Below are positions 1 through 12,046 of a DNA stretch of 64,000 nucleotides, piece by piece (position 1 is the first letter of the stretch; each line of letters opens with the position of its first letter). The notes below the pieces were generated by a model that saw only the letters and a list, made by a program, of their open reading frames with translations, was not told the origin of the DNA and searched no databases. The stretch is from positions 2,675,666-2,739,665 of the forward strand of contig NW_003526943.1 in the NCBI RefSeq assembly GCF_000181795.1, written 5' to 3'. The stretch is from Trichinella spiralis (lineage: Eukaryota). The translations under genes and the position numbers were made by a program.

Positions 1-728
1 TGGCAAAAAAGTAATAACATTTCACTGTAAGGTAAAACATTTATTTGCACTGAAAATTAATTGAAAAGTGAACAACATCTTTTTTTTGAGTTTCAATACT
101 TTTTCAATTTATTAACATATTGTTTGACAGTAAAAATTGCAAGCGTTTAACAATTAAGTGCCAATGCTATGTCAGAATTAAACATTTTTTCTGAAACAGC
201 AATATCATCGCATATTACAAATTTTATTTTGAAATTACCGCATCTTCACTGCCCTACTTCATCAGCTGGAAAATCTGCATATTTAATTTCCTCCCTCAAT
301 AATTACAGATATGCAAGGGTGAATTGAATAAATCAACAGCTGCAATTTAAAATTTTTTGCTACATTCAAAGTTACATACGAAACCAGAGTTGATATTGAT
401 TTAAAGTTTTCACTACATAACTATGCTGAAAAGAAAATTTCATGTTCTGAGTTTGTTTTAAATTATAACTAGTGAATTTGCATTATGCTCAACTGTTACT
501 TGATTCAGTACTGTTCGTATGCTGAATTGGAAAAACATCGAAATATGATTTTACAGTTCACATTGATACAGTTTGCTGAGTTAAAAATACTTTAAGAAAA
601 CTGCATAAAACGCTTTCAAATTAGATAAATCATCTTCGGCACTGTTGCATAAAAACAACTGTAATCATTATTTTAACTTTATTATATGAAGAAATCAATC
701 AGTATTTCTATGTTTTTTCAGCTTTCTA

Positions 729-1721
<993 letters not shown>

Positions 1722-3052
1722 GATGCTAAAATGTGATTTAAAGTTATTAATTATTCAACAAAAAATTAAAACTGAATTATCAAGTTAAGTTAAAAAGTAA
1801 AATAATCTGTCCTTTCGACAGAAACTTCTAAGCATAAAACGGAAAACAGAATTAAAGAACATTCCAAATTGGAGTTTCGTTTCAAACTGGAATGCATGGA
1901 AATTACTTAAAAGAAGCTGGATAAGAATAATAATGTAATTGTAACAATGCATTCTTTATAAAATATTTTCTCCACACAGACTAATGCACAACTTTCAACA
2001 CATTATACGGTAATTTACAAAATGACAATCAAGTTTAAACTATGCTGTTTACATTGTATTTAAATAATAATTTATCTAAAAAGAATGTGTAAAAATTTAA
2101 ATAAAAAATGTAATTACACGTCTTGATTTAAGTTTATTTAAATTTTGTGTATTACATTACAGTAATGTAAATTGTGGAAAAGGGCATTAAAATTAAAAAA
2201 TTTACCCTTGACTTTGTATTATTTGCTACACTGATTGTATTTTATATAGAAATGATAAAATTACATTTACTGAAGTCATTTTTCAAAGCTCAATTTCTGA
2301 ATCAAGGAAAATGATACTGTCAGTGTTTAGATATATTCTTAAAGAAAATATTAATCTTTTCGTTTTGGCCTTTCAAAATAGAGCAAAAAGTTAACAATCA
2401 ACATTCTTTTAAGTTTACTGTATTTTATTTTCGTATTTTAATTCTATTTTTTTATAAATTGCATGATAAATCAGCAGTAATAACACAATGATGCGAATTC
2501 AAAAACAGATAACATGTGACTAGCAAAAGATTTCAGAAAAAGTAATTTGTACCGTAATCATATGATTTGTAATTTTTCAAATTATTTAATAACCACTGTA
2601 TTTATAAATGGTTTAAGCTTAATGTGCAATAAGCAGTGATACTTTAACAGTTATATTGGAGCTTTAAGTTATGAAACTGCCTAGCAAAGTACTGATCACG
2701 AAATATCGTGAATTGACTAAATCTTCACAGTTAGCCCATTTTATCAATATTACATATAAACTTTCATTCAGAAGGTAATTTTTAATGCAACTCAACTTTT
2801 GACGAATAATACAAATATTAATTTTAATAATAACAAACATTATATTTCAACAAATAAAATGAATCTTCATATCAACCCACCTAACCTCTAATTCACATCA
2901 TTTTCAAATAAAATAAATGAATAAAAATTTATATAAATAGTAGCCTCATCTGAAAAGTAATAAAAGTGTAATTTTCAAAATTAAATATGATAAAATAGAT
3001 GGTATCGCACTTCCGAGAGTTCGGCAGTATGTGACTAAAACTGAAGTGACAT

Positions 3053-3991
3053 TCAAATTTTGAATGCATTGATCAGTTCAGCAAAGTTGTAAACATACCA
3101 CGCGGATGCATCACGCACAGTTTGACGAACCTGTCGAAATTAAAAATATAAAAGTATAATAAATGCGTTGCATTAAAGAAATTTATTTCACCTGATTGCC
3201 TCCAAATCCGATGAACAGATCTGCCGGTGGGCAAGCATGAAGATCGGTCATCCCATCGCCGATCATGACTAACATTTTGAACTGGAATTTATTTTTTAAA
3301 TAAGCGCATATTAAACTTTTTCCATTGCTGGTTGATGTTAATTGCTGTTTGTCAAAGTCAACATAATTGCCTAGATATTTTGTATTCTCAGAATGAAGAA
3401 TATTGAAATTTAATGAAATTAAATTTGAAAAAGTACCATTTGAATCGAAAATCAGTTTGTTGGAAAAAACATTCTGATGAGGAATTCCCAGTTGATCAGC
3501 TGCATAATATGCGATATGGCTGAAACCGCCCGTAACCAAAAAAACATCCGTATTGCGAGACTTCAACAAATCAATTAGCGACCTGCAATTGCTTGATTTT
3601 TACTTATTTTCAAATCAGTCTAGATCAATTTAAACCAATTATTCGGAAAACAATTCACTTCGCTCCTGGAGATAGTTCAGGTGGCGACTGTTTCAAAAAA
3701 GCTTCAACATTACTCAACGACGGTCGCAGAATATTCAAACGAGCTTTCAAAGATTCGTGAAAGTCCACTTGACCATCCATTGCCTGCTTTGTTCTTTCCG
3801 AAGAAAGCGAATACAGTAGTTATTTACCTTTATTTTGAACCTCTGTACAGGAAAAGTTACATTTTTGAAATTTCCTCCTCCTTGCCCATAAATTTCGCCA
3901 GCTCATCGATCGCCTCTTTCTGACAAACTGTAGAATCAACATCAAAGCAGACGGCGTCAGCTTGATTCCACAACTTTTTTGCTCTTTCCAT
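3053..3991 (-). CDS. PSPH: Phosphoserine phosphatase (HAD family), spliced
   Basis: ADAVCFDVDSTV (HAD motif I), FLVTGGF (motif II), MIGDGMTDLHACPPADLFIGFGGNQVRQTVRDASAWYV. GT-AG introns join the exons in frame. Confidence 0.95.
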
Positions 3992-4513
3992 TTGTGACTT
4001 AAAATGGCTTAAAAATTGTGTGCTGAGTTCACCATTTCAAAATTATTTCCTATAATTCTAATATTCGCGGTAAAAGTTATTAATTACATAAATCTTACAA
4101 GAAGAAAATACAAACCACTTTCAGATCTGCCGTCTAGCAATGTTTATGCAGTAAAGTTGTGACGGTTTTTTATGTCATTTTATAAAAATTATGGACAATG
4201 TAAAATTAAAAATTTCACACCCAATTTCGCATTCATTAAATATTTACCACACATTACTACTTGATTTTGTTTATAAAAAGTACTAAACAATACAGTATGC
4301 GATAAAAATTCAAAAAATTAAGTCTTAACTTGCTTAATAAAAATAGCAATTAAAATTTTAATTGGGTTCCATACACTGAAAATCAATGACAAAAGGTAAA
4401 AAAGATAAATGTAAGACAAGCCAAACCTTACCTTCAAGTACAGTAAAAATTATAAAGTACATCAGGCATAGATGTTTACGAAATCATTTTACTGTAATAC
4501 ATAACAACATCTT

Positions 4514-5035
4514 TGTTGGCGACGACTATATGCCAACTGGCAGTGGACTGTAATTTTAATGATCTTCAGGCGCAGTTCAGATCGACTCACAGCAAAGCCG
4601 ATGAGCTGATCGATACAAGCAAAACAATCACAAGTTTATACTCAAACTTTATTGTGATTCAGGACGAGACAGACTCGATACCAACGAATGATGGTCACAC
4701 GTTAAGATCGTAGCTTCGTCTGCGATACTCGCACTTCACTTGATCACACGCTCGCACAAATTCGCTTCCAACCCCGTCGACAACGACAAATGGTTGATTC
4801 TCCGAGTCTGATCGTCGGAGCCCTTATATAGAATCAACCTAGGTTATCCGCCATTGTTTTCACCGGGTTCAGTGTGTCAGGTCGGTCAGGACGCAACCTA
4901 CATACCTCAAAGCGAACCCGCACACGATAAGATTCATACAATCTTATTGTGTTGACCCGTGGCGAAATGCCGTTTTAAAAGTGCCGCGCTGTTGATCTTC
5001 AGGTACAGGAATTACTGTACCTACCGTTTCCAACA
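4514..5035 (-). repeat. 3' LTR of BEL/Pao element (522 bp)
   Basis: Direct repeat of 11231-11751 with TG...CA termini. The only difference I saw by eye is one A in CAAGCAAAACAATC. Confidence 0.97.
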
Positions 5036-5048
5036 GCCTCCCCCCCGA
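5036..5048 (-). other. Polypurine tract of retrotransposon
   Basis: Minus strand TCGGGGGGGAGGC immediately precedes the 3' LTR. Confidence 0.85.
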
Positions 5049-5061
5049 TGGACAAAGTCCA

Positions 5062-8000
5062 TCAATTCGCTCCTGGTTCCAGCAACACCAGCGAACGCAC
5101 CGACCTGGTTACCAGGCCGCGAGCCGTTTGGAGCCTGGCTGATCGAGCCATACCATCGCGTGAACAAAACAGCTCCACGATTCTTCCAAACGGTGCTCGG
5201 CTCCGGGGAATGTTCGGTTCGATGATCAATACCACATCGCCAATCCGCGGCTTTTCCTGCAATTTTCGCCACTTCCCTCGAGACGAAAGCGTCACGAGAT
5301 ATTCCTGCTTCCAGCGTGTCCACAGATGGTCGACCAACCTTCTTTGGTATCGCCATCTCCGGTGCAACCGGGACAAAACTCGGTTGTCGCCTTGCACCTG
5401 CTTGCCGTCGCAGTCCCTGTCAGGCAGCGACGACAGTTCCCGACCAATCAGGAAATGAGCTGGCGTCAGCGCCAGCTGATCATCCGGCCTGTCGCTTACA
5501 ATCGTCAGCGGACGGTCATTGATCCTTGCTTCAATCTCGCACAGTACCGTGCGAAGTTCGTCGGGCTTAGCGTGACACCTTCCAAGGACTTTACTGAGCG
5601 CTACCTTGATCGACCTGACCAAACGCTCCCAATAACCGCCGCACCACGGAGCTCGCTCCGTGATAAATTTCCATTCTATTCCTTCCTTGGCCAGATGGTC
5701 TTGGACCACCTTCCAGTTGCGGCTGTTGCATAGCGGCCTTAGGAACCTGCTGGCCAAATGGAACGTTTGGAAATTATCCGATTGCAGCAGCCGGGGACGA
5801 CCTCTTCGAGAGATAAACCGCCGCAGCGCTCTCAAGAAGCTGTCCACCGTCATGTCTGGAACCAGTTCCAGATGGATGGCCCTCACCACCATGCACGTGA
5901 AAATACACACGTACGTTTTGAGCAACGTCAACGTTTTGCCGTCACACCTCGCCATGATGGGACCGGCAAAGTCCACGCCGACGTATACGAAGGGCCCGAC
6001 TGGCTCCGTTCTTTCCGGTGGCAGTTCAGCCATTTGTTGTTCGAATGGCTTTGCAGTCACCCGTCGACAGACCACGCATTTCCTCACCACCTCTTTAACC
6101 GCGCTTCTCCCCCTGGTGATCCAGAATCTTTTTCGAGTCGCGGCCAGAGTTTGGTCTACTCCAGCGTGCAGCTGTTGCTCATGGACATGCTGAATCAGCA
6201 GCTTCACTACTCCGTCACCGTGTGGGAGTAGCATGGGATTCCTGGTTTCCTGAGGCAACTCAGAGAAAGCCAGACGACCACCCACGCGCAGGATTCCATC
6301 TTCGTCCAAGTAGGGATTGAACTGCTGGAGATCCTTCCTGCGGTGGCTCCCTGGTCCATATGCGCTCACTTGGACTTGCCTGATCCAAGTTTTCTCCGCC
6401 TCCCGCATCTCAGGCACGGTCAGGCCACGGGCCTTCTGTCGCAGCTCCATTGGCGATCTTGCATTGAAGATGAACCGCAAGCACCACGCAGTGACCCGTA
6501 CGAGCTTTCCATAGCTGCTGTACCGCGCCACATCCATGACCGACCGAAGGTCAAATTTCACCGAGGTGGTCATGACCAAAACCGTTTTTCGGTTTTCCAA
6601 CTCCATATTTTCTGGAGTCCTTCCGTGGCTGATCTTCAATTTTGGCCACGCACTCTCATCCAGCTGGAGCCACCTGGGTCCTGAATGCCACAGGCTTCCA
6701 GCTGCCAACTTGGAAAGAGGGCATCCTCTGCTCGCCAAATCCGCCGGGTTGTCTTGCGTTGGGCAATACCGCCACGAATCGGGGGAAGTGATTTCCTGTA
6801 TGTCCCGTACCCGGTTCGAGACGAACGGCTTCCACCGCTGCGCGTTGCTTCGTATCCAGCACAGGGCCACCGAACTGTCGCTCCAGCAGAAGCAGCTCCT
6901 GATCGGTAAGTCTGCCTTCCGTTTCACATAAGCAACCAAGCGAGCACAAAGCAGAGCTGCCATCAATTCCAACCTGGGCAGACTCAACTTCTTTATCGGT
7001 GCCACCCTAGACTTCGCAGCTAGAAACCGGACTTCCACCTTGCCGTTCCCATGCACCAAACGCAAGTAAACCACGGCCCCGTACGCGCTGCCAGACGCGT
7101 CGGCGAAACCATGGAGGTCCATATGGACCAATTCCATGAGCGAGCATTTAATGCAAGCCCTATCGATGCTGACCTGAGACAGATCGGCGAGCTCACCTTT
7201 CCAGTTCCTCCACACAGCCTCGACTGGAACCGGTAACGGGTCATCCCACGAGGTTCCTTCCTGCCACAGCAACTGGAGCAACATCTTCGCCCGAACGGTA
7301 AATGGTGTCAAATACCCGAGAGGATCGAAGATTGTTGCAGCCAGGCTCAGAAGAGTCCTCTTGGTGTCCTGTTCCTCCGCGTCGACTTCCGGCTGCCGGA
7401 ATGAGAGTTGATCCGACTCTGTATCCCACAAGACGCCTAGCGTCTTCAAGAGTCGACCTGCCGGCTTTGGATCCTTTCCGAAAGGCAGGGCTCCGTCGTA
7501 TCCCACGACACTGGAGCAATTGCTGACGAACCCAGTCAGATTGAATCCACCTTTCCCGAACAAACTCTTTGACTCATGCACCAACTTCTTCGCCTCTTCG
7601 ATGCTGTCGCAGCTGAGGACGAGGTCGTCGACATACATGTTCGATGTGATCAATCTGGCCGTCTTGTCACCCGCATGCTGACTATTCTCGGCATGCGTCC
7701 GGATGGTCTGAATAGCGAGGAACGGCGAGCAAGTCAGCCCGAAACACACTCGCGTCAACCGATACTCCCTTGGAGCCCTTCCTCCTCCAGCGCCTCTCCA
7801 AAGGAACCTACATGCGTCCCGGTCTTCCGGGTGAAGACCCACCTGCAGATACATCTTTTCGATGTCTGCCTGTAGTCCTACCCGGAAGCGACGAAAACGC
7901 AGCAGGATTCCCATCAGATCGACGTGAAGATTCGGTCCGGACTCCAAATGATCGTTCAGTGAGGTTCCTCGGTGCACCGCCGAACCGTCGAACACTATTC

Positions 8001-10071
8001 GAAACTTCCGACCCGTGGTGCCTTGCTGGTACACAGCGTGGTGAGGCAGGTACCACGTTTTTCCCGGCGTCTTCGATGCCGGTGCTTCCTCAGCCCATCC
8101 GTTGTCAAGGTACGACTGCATGACAGTCGTGTAGTCTTTATCAAATCCAGAATCTCTGCTCAGCCGTTTTTCCAGGGATCGATATCGCCGAATTGCCGTG
8201 GCGTAGTTATTCGGCAGGCTGGCCATGCCAGGTTTCCACAGCAGTCCCACTGAGTACCGGTTTCCGTCAAAAGATAGGGATTCTTTGAATCGCCGCTCCA
8301 TCTCGGTCTGACCGGACTCAGTCTCCGGAGGGAGGATGCCGATTGCTTCCAATTCCCAAAACTTCCGGAGAGCTGCATTCAGACGATCGTCCGTTCTGAT
8401 GCAGTGGACCCTGCATTCCCGATCCCCTGATAATGCCGCCGGACCGCAGATTATCCATCCGAACCGGGTCTCCACGGCTACCGGATCACCATCTCCACCA
8501 CGGATCACCTGCCTTCCAAGGAAGCGGAAATAGCTGTCCAATCCAATGATGACATGGACTGGCGTCAGCTCCCCGACCTCCCTCGTCAGGTTCAGACTCT
8601 GGAGATGAGGCCAATCATTTGGAGACACTGGTGTCTGCCAAAGATCTTCGCAGAGTACCGGGGCTGTCATCGCTTCCAGTTCGTACCTGTCCCCAGCGTG
8701 TTCTCCGCTGACAGGGCTGAGCCAAAGGCGAACCAACCTGGATGCTTGGCAGCTGAATCTCGAGCCACCAACACCGCGGAAAGAAGTTGGGTGAACTTCG
8801 CCAGCCAACTTGAGCTCGTCCGCGACGTCTTGTCGCACCAGAGATCGCTCAGCTCCGGTGTCCAACAAGCAGTTGACCAAACGCTTCCTTCCGTGGGCAC
8901 CGTGAGCGACAGCCTTAATCATCTGAAAACGACTCCAGCCGTGCTTAGTGGTGGCGATGTTCACCTGGGCCTTCCTTGGTTCAGTGGTTTTCCTCCCCTT
9001 GCCTGCCTTCGGTCCAGAGAGGTCAGAGTTGCGCTCCCCGGATGTCGACCTGCCGGATGTGGCAAGGTGACCCATCCGATCCGGGCAATTCCTTTTGAGA
9101 TGCCCATGCTTCTGGCAGTAGAAACACCGACCAGCCCGTTGTGGCGTCCTCGTTTTCGATTGACGCGTTGGTCGTCCCAACTCTGAGGTCTCTGCCGCTC
9201 GTGGCGATTCTTCGCACACGGCGAACCGGTCTGCAACGGCAGTCTGGAGAACCGTCGCTTCGTCGTGCCTTCGCCTGAGAGGACTGCTTCGACGTTTGGC
9301 GGGCTTTGTGAGCTTGGCGGGTTCCGATCTATCTGACCGCGACTCTTCCAGGAGTTGGGCTTGTTCTCCCAGGAATTGCAAATATTCCGACAAGTCAGCG
9401 GCCATCGTTTCATTCGCCTTCGTTTTTTCATCCCACTTGATCCGAACCGGTGTCGGAAGGCGATCACGACTGATTGCAATCGTGATTTCAGCTGCGGACA
9501 GCTCACCTTCTCGTAGACCACCCTTTCTTGGATCCTTGCCCAGTGCAGTCAAAGCGTCGATTGTCCGTCTCAGATGGTCGTATTGTGAGCGCAGACCCAC
9601 GTCCTTAGGTGGCGTTTGCACGAGTTTCTTGATCTGATGCCGGATCACCTTGGCCGGTCGATCAAATTCCTCGCGTAGGCGATTCAACGCCACCTCATAA
9701 TCAGCGTTGCTGCTGGATAGGCTGCTGATTACATCCGCTGCTTTGCCGGTTAAGCAGCCACGGAGGTAGGTCAGTTTCGCTGCGTTGGACAGGTCCATTC
9801 GCTGATGTACGCGATGATCAAACTGATCCCAAAACGCACGAAACTCCGTGAAGTCTCCGCTGAACTTGGGCAGATCGCATCTCGGCAGTCGTGCCGCAAG
9901 TTCATGCATAGAGGTCGCAGCCGGCACCATTCCAGGTCCTGATCTCAACTCAATTCCCTGGTCATCCAGTCGTCCGGAGCAATCACTCCCCTTCGACTGC
10001 ATCAGAGCCAGCGCTCGGACTTTGCGCTCTCTGAATCCCTTTCGATACTTTGACCAGTCTTCTTCCGCCAT
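5062..10071 (-). CDS. BEL/Pao Gag-Pol polyprotein (1669 aa; lacks about 70 N-terminal Gag residues)
   Basis: DUF1759-type gag (LPKFSGDFTEFRAFWDQF), zinc knuckle CFYCQKHGHLKRNC, aspartic protease LLDTGAERS, RT (ADIEKMYLQV; MYVDD), Pao RNase H (HGFADAS...FLAAKSRVAP), integrase (H...H...C-x2-C, GVDFAGP, SDN, GGYWERLV) and C-terminal LWTRWKQEYL domain. Order PR-RT-RH-IN. Confidence 0.96.
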   Translation of the reverse strand: MAEEDWSKYRKGFRERKVRALALMQSKGSDCSGRLDDQGIELRSGPGMVPAATSMHELAARLPRCDLPKFSGDFTEFRAFWDQFDHRVHQRMDLSNAAKLTYLRGCLTGKAADVISSLSSSNADYEVALNRLREEFDRPAKVIRHQIKKLVQTPPKDVGLRSQYDHLRRTIDALTALGKDPRKGGLREGELSAAEITIAISRDRLPTPVRIKWDEKTKANETMAADLSEYLQFLGEQAQLLEESRSDRSEPAKLTKPAKRRSSPLRRRHDEATVLQTAVADRFAVCEESPRAAETSELGRPTRQSKTRTPQRAGRCFYCQKHGHLKRNCPDRMGHLATSGRSTSGERNSDLSGPKAGKGRKTTEPRKAQVNIATTKHGWSRFQMIKAVAHGAHGRKRLVNCLLDTGAERSLVRQDVADELKLAGEVHPTSFRGVGGSRFSCQASRLVRLWLSPVSGEHAGDRYELEAMTAPVLCEDLWQTPVSPNDWPHLQSLNLTREVGELTPVHVIIGLDSYFRFLGRQVIRGGDGDPVAVETRFGWIICGPAALSGDRECRVHCIRTDDRLNAALRKFWELEAIGILPPETESGQTEMERRFKESLSFDGNRYSVGLLWKPGMASLPNNYATAIRRYRSLEKRLSRDSGFDKDYTTVMQSYLDNGWAEEAPASKTPGKTWYLPHHAVYQQGTTGRKFRIVFDGSAVHRGTSLNDHLESGPNLHVDLMGILLRFRRFRVGLQADIEKMYLQVGLHPEDRDACRFLWRGAGGGRAPREYRLTRVCFGLTCSPFLAIQTIRTHAENSQHAGDKTARLITSNMYVDDLVLSCDSIEEAKKLVHESKSLFGKGGFNLTGFVSNCSSVVGYDGALPFGKDPKPAGRLLKTLGVLWDTESDQLSFRQPEVDAEEQDTKRTLLSLAATIFDPLGYLTPFTVRAKMLLQLLWQEGTSWDDPLPVPVEAVWRNWKGELADLSQVSIDRACIKCSLMELVHMDLHGFADASGSAYGAVVYLRLVHGNGKVEVRFLAAKSRVAPIKKLSLPRLELMAALLCARLVAYVKRKADLPIRSCFCWSDSSVALCWIRSNAQRWKPFVSNRVRDIQEITSPDSWRYCPTQDNPADLASRGCPLSKLAAGSLWHSGPRWLQLDESAWPKLKISHGRTPENMELENRKTVLVMTTSVKFDLRSVMDVARYSSYGKLVRVTAWCLRFIFNARSPMELRQKARGLTVPEMREAEKTWIRQVQVSAYGPGSHRRKDLQQFNPYLDEDGILRVGGRLAFSELPQETRNPMLLPHGDGVVKLLIQHVHEQQLHAGVDQTLAATRKRFWITRGRSAVKEVVRKCVVCRRVTAKPFEQQMAELPPERTEPVGPFVYVGVDFAGPIMARCDGKTLTLLKTYVCIFTCMVVRAIHLELVPDMTVDSFLRALRRFISRRGRPRLLQSDNFQTFHLASRFLRPLCNSRNWKVVQDHLAKEGIEWKFITERAPWCGGYWERLVRSIKVALSKVLGRCHAKPDELRTVLCEIEARINDRPLTIVSDRPDDQLALTPAHFLIGRELSSLPDRDCDGKQVQGDNRVLSRLHRRWRYQRRLVDHLWTRWKQEYLVTLSSRGKWRKLQEKPRIGDVVLIIEPNIPRSRAPFGRIVELFCSRDGMARSARLQTARGLVTRSVRSLVLLEPGAN

Positions 10072-10285
10072 CCCTTCGTTCTTTCCTCTTCAAGATTTAA
10101 TTCAAGCTCCACCTGAAGAGCGTCTGTCTCTCGGAAAAGTCTCTCGATCCTCGAAGTCTGCTCTCCGATTTCCAAGACTGACACTGGTCCTCGCACGACT
10201 GATCTATCTCTTGAGAGATTCGATTCGGCTGTCCTTGTCTATGATCATATTGTTCGATTATAAATCCGGCCTCACGAGGCCCAAA

Positions 10286-10817
10286 GGTTGGCGGTGGAAA
10301 TATATGCCCAGCTGGCAGGAGGAAGGTAAATTATAAAGATATTCAGGCTCAGTTCAAGATCGGCTCACAAGCAAAAGTAGAGGAGCTGATCGAAACAAGC
10401 AAACATTCGCAAGATAATTCTCAATCGTATGTGAAACAGGTCGAGTCATACTTGATACCAAAGAAGATGGTCACACGTTAAGATCGTAGTTTGTTGATGA
10501 TAATCCCGGATCCACTGTTGGCCCGGTAGATCAAATTTCCTAGGGGAAGGCGTTGTCAACGCCACCTGGATGATTCAGCTGTGGCTGGGATAGTCGGAGC
10601 CCATATATCGTTTCAACCTAGGTTATCTGCCCTTGGTATGTCCAGGTTCAGTGTGTCTGGTCGGTCAGGACGCATGACGTACATGCATCAAAGTGAACCC
10701 GCACACGCTAAGATTCATACAATTTTATTCTGTTGAACTTGTGGCGAAATGCCATCTTAAAAGTGCCGCGCTGTTGATCTTCAGGTACAGGAATTGATGT
10801 ACCAGCCGTTTCCAACA
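10286..10817 (-). repeat. Diverged third (internal) LTR copy
   Basis: Collinear with the outer LTRs (GTTGGCG...; GATGGTCACACGTTAAGATCGTAG; TCAACCTAGGTTATC; AAAAGTGCCGCGCTGTTGATCTTCAGGTACAGGAATT...CCGTTTCCAACA) but with many substitutions and indels. A decayed PBS lies next to it at about 10263-10283. Confidence 0.9.
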
Positions 10818-10925
10818 TGGTTTCCAAGTTTAAAAAAATTTTTTTTTTCTTTTGTTTAAAGTTTAAAATAATATTTTGTATCAAAATTTGGTTTTCAAGT
10901 TTAAAAATTTTTTTTTTTCATCCGT

Positions 10926-11168
10926 TTAAAGTTTAAACCAATATTCAGCTTCCGCCATCCTTCGTTCTTCCTCTTCAAGATTTAATTCAAGCTCCACCTG
11001 AAGAGCGTCTGTCTCCCGGAAAAGTCTCTCGATCATCGAAATCTGCTCTCCGATTTCCAAGACTTCCGCTGGTCCCATGCACAACTGATCGAGCTCTTCA
11101 AAGAGCCGATTCAGGCGTTCCTTGCCGATGATCAGCTTCTTCGATTTTTCTCTAGCTCTAGCCGACAT
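10926..11168 (-). pseudogene. Intact copy of Gag N-terminus (about 73 codons) truncated by an AT-rich insert
   Basis: MSARAREKSKKLIIGKERLNRLFEELDQL...LEEEERRMAE follows the PBS and matches the frameshifted copy at 10066-10260. Its MAE corresponds to the start of the 1669-aa ORF. Confidence 0.85.
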
Positions 11169-11209
11169 CACTGCTCCAGTCGTTCTATCCAGAGGTCGCT
11201 CGCTTTAGA

Positions 11210-11228
11210 AATCCGGCTCAGAGGACCA
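11210..11228 (-). other. Primer-binding site (tRNA-Tyr-like)
   Basis: Minus strand TGGTCCTCTGAGCCGGATT begins 2 nt inside the 5' LTR boundary. It resembles the complement of a tRNA-Tyr 3' end (...ATCCGGCTC.AGGACCA), a primer commonly used by BEL/Pao elements. Confidence 0.8.
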
Positions 11229-11230
11229 AA

Positions 11231-11751
11231 TGTTGGCGACGACTATATGCCAACTGGCAGTGGACTGTAATTTTAATGATCTTCAGGCGCAGTTCAGATC
11301 GACTCACAGCAAAGCCGATGAGCTGATCGATACAAGCAAACAATCACAAGTTTATACTCAAACTTTATTGTGATTCAGGACGAGACAGACTCGATACCAA
11401 CGAATGATGGTCACACGTTAAGATCGTAGCTTCGTCTGCGATACTCGCACTTCACTTGATCACACGCTCGCACAAATTCGCTTCCAACCCCGTCGACAAC
11501 GACAAATGGTTGATTCTCCGAGTCTGATCGTCGGAGCCCTTATATAGAATCAACCTAGGTTATCCGCCATTGTTTTCACCGGGTTCAGTGTGTCAGGTCG
11601 GTCAGGACGCAACCTACATACCTCAAAGCGAACCCGCACACGATAAGATTCATACAATCTTATTGTGTTGACCCGTGGCGAAATGCCGTTTTAAAAGTGC
11701 CGCGCTGTTGATCTTCAGGTACAGGAATTACTGTACCTACCGTTTCCAACA
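11231..11751 (-). repeat. 5' LTR of BEL/Pao element (521 bp)
   Basis: Direct repeat of 4514-5035, followed by TSD ATCTT. Confidence 0.97.
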
Positions 11752-12046
11752 ATCTTGGATTTGTAAATGTAATTTTTTACATATATCATTGCGATCATAA
11801 TTTTTTATTTCGCATAAATTATTTATTAGATATTAAAAAAGCACATTCTTTAATGTTTCCAGAACATCTGTATGCATTGGTACAAGATTTTTGATTTGAA
11901 TTTTCTGTGTAATACAGCAATTTTAATTGAAATTAATACAATGGAAACATCTGTGCAGTGTCATAGGAAATGAAAATAACAAGAAGCAATTTTTTTAAAT
12001 ATTAGTTTGAAATTCTGAAGAATTAATAAAATTCTAATAATTCTCG

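Larger units (their letters stand above)
4514..11751 (-). mobile_element. BEL/Pao LTR retrotransposon, recently inserted, with extra internal LTR
   Basis: Outer LTRs 4514-5035 and 11231-11751 (TGTTGG...CCAACA) are essentially identical. 5-bp TSD ATCTT at 4509-4513 and 11752-11756. PBS and PPT present; gag-pol ORF on the minus strand. Confidence 0.97.

Noticed and set aside
4959..10336. Many plus-strand and alternate-frame ORFs overlapping the retrotransposon
   Set aside because: Expected shadows of a GC-rich coding sequence; no recognisable motifs, and no env-like ORF.
10062..10952. Internal LTR plus spacer as an intron that rejoins the intact gag start to gag-pol
   Set aside because: No GT donor at the breakpoint (GCGGAAG|CTGA), and no in-frame AG acceptor with a pyrimidine tract at the downstream junction.
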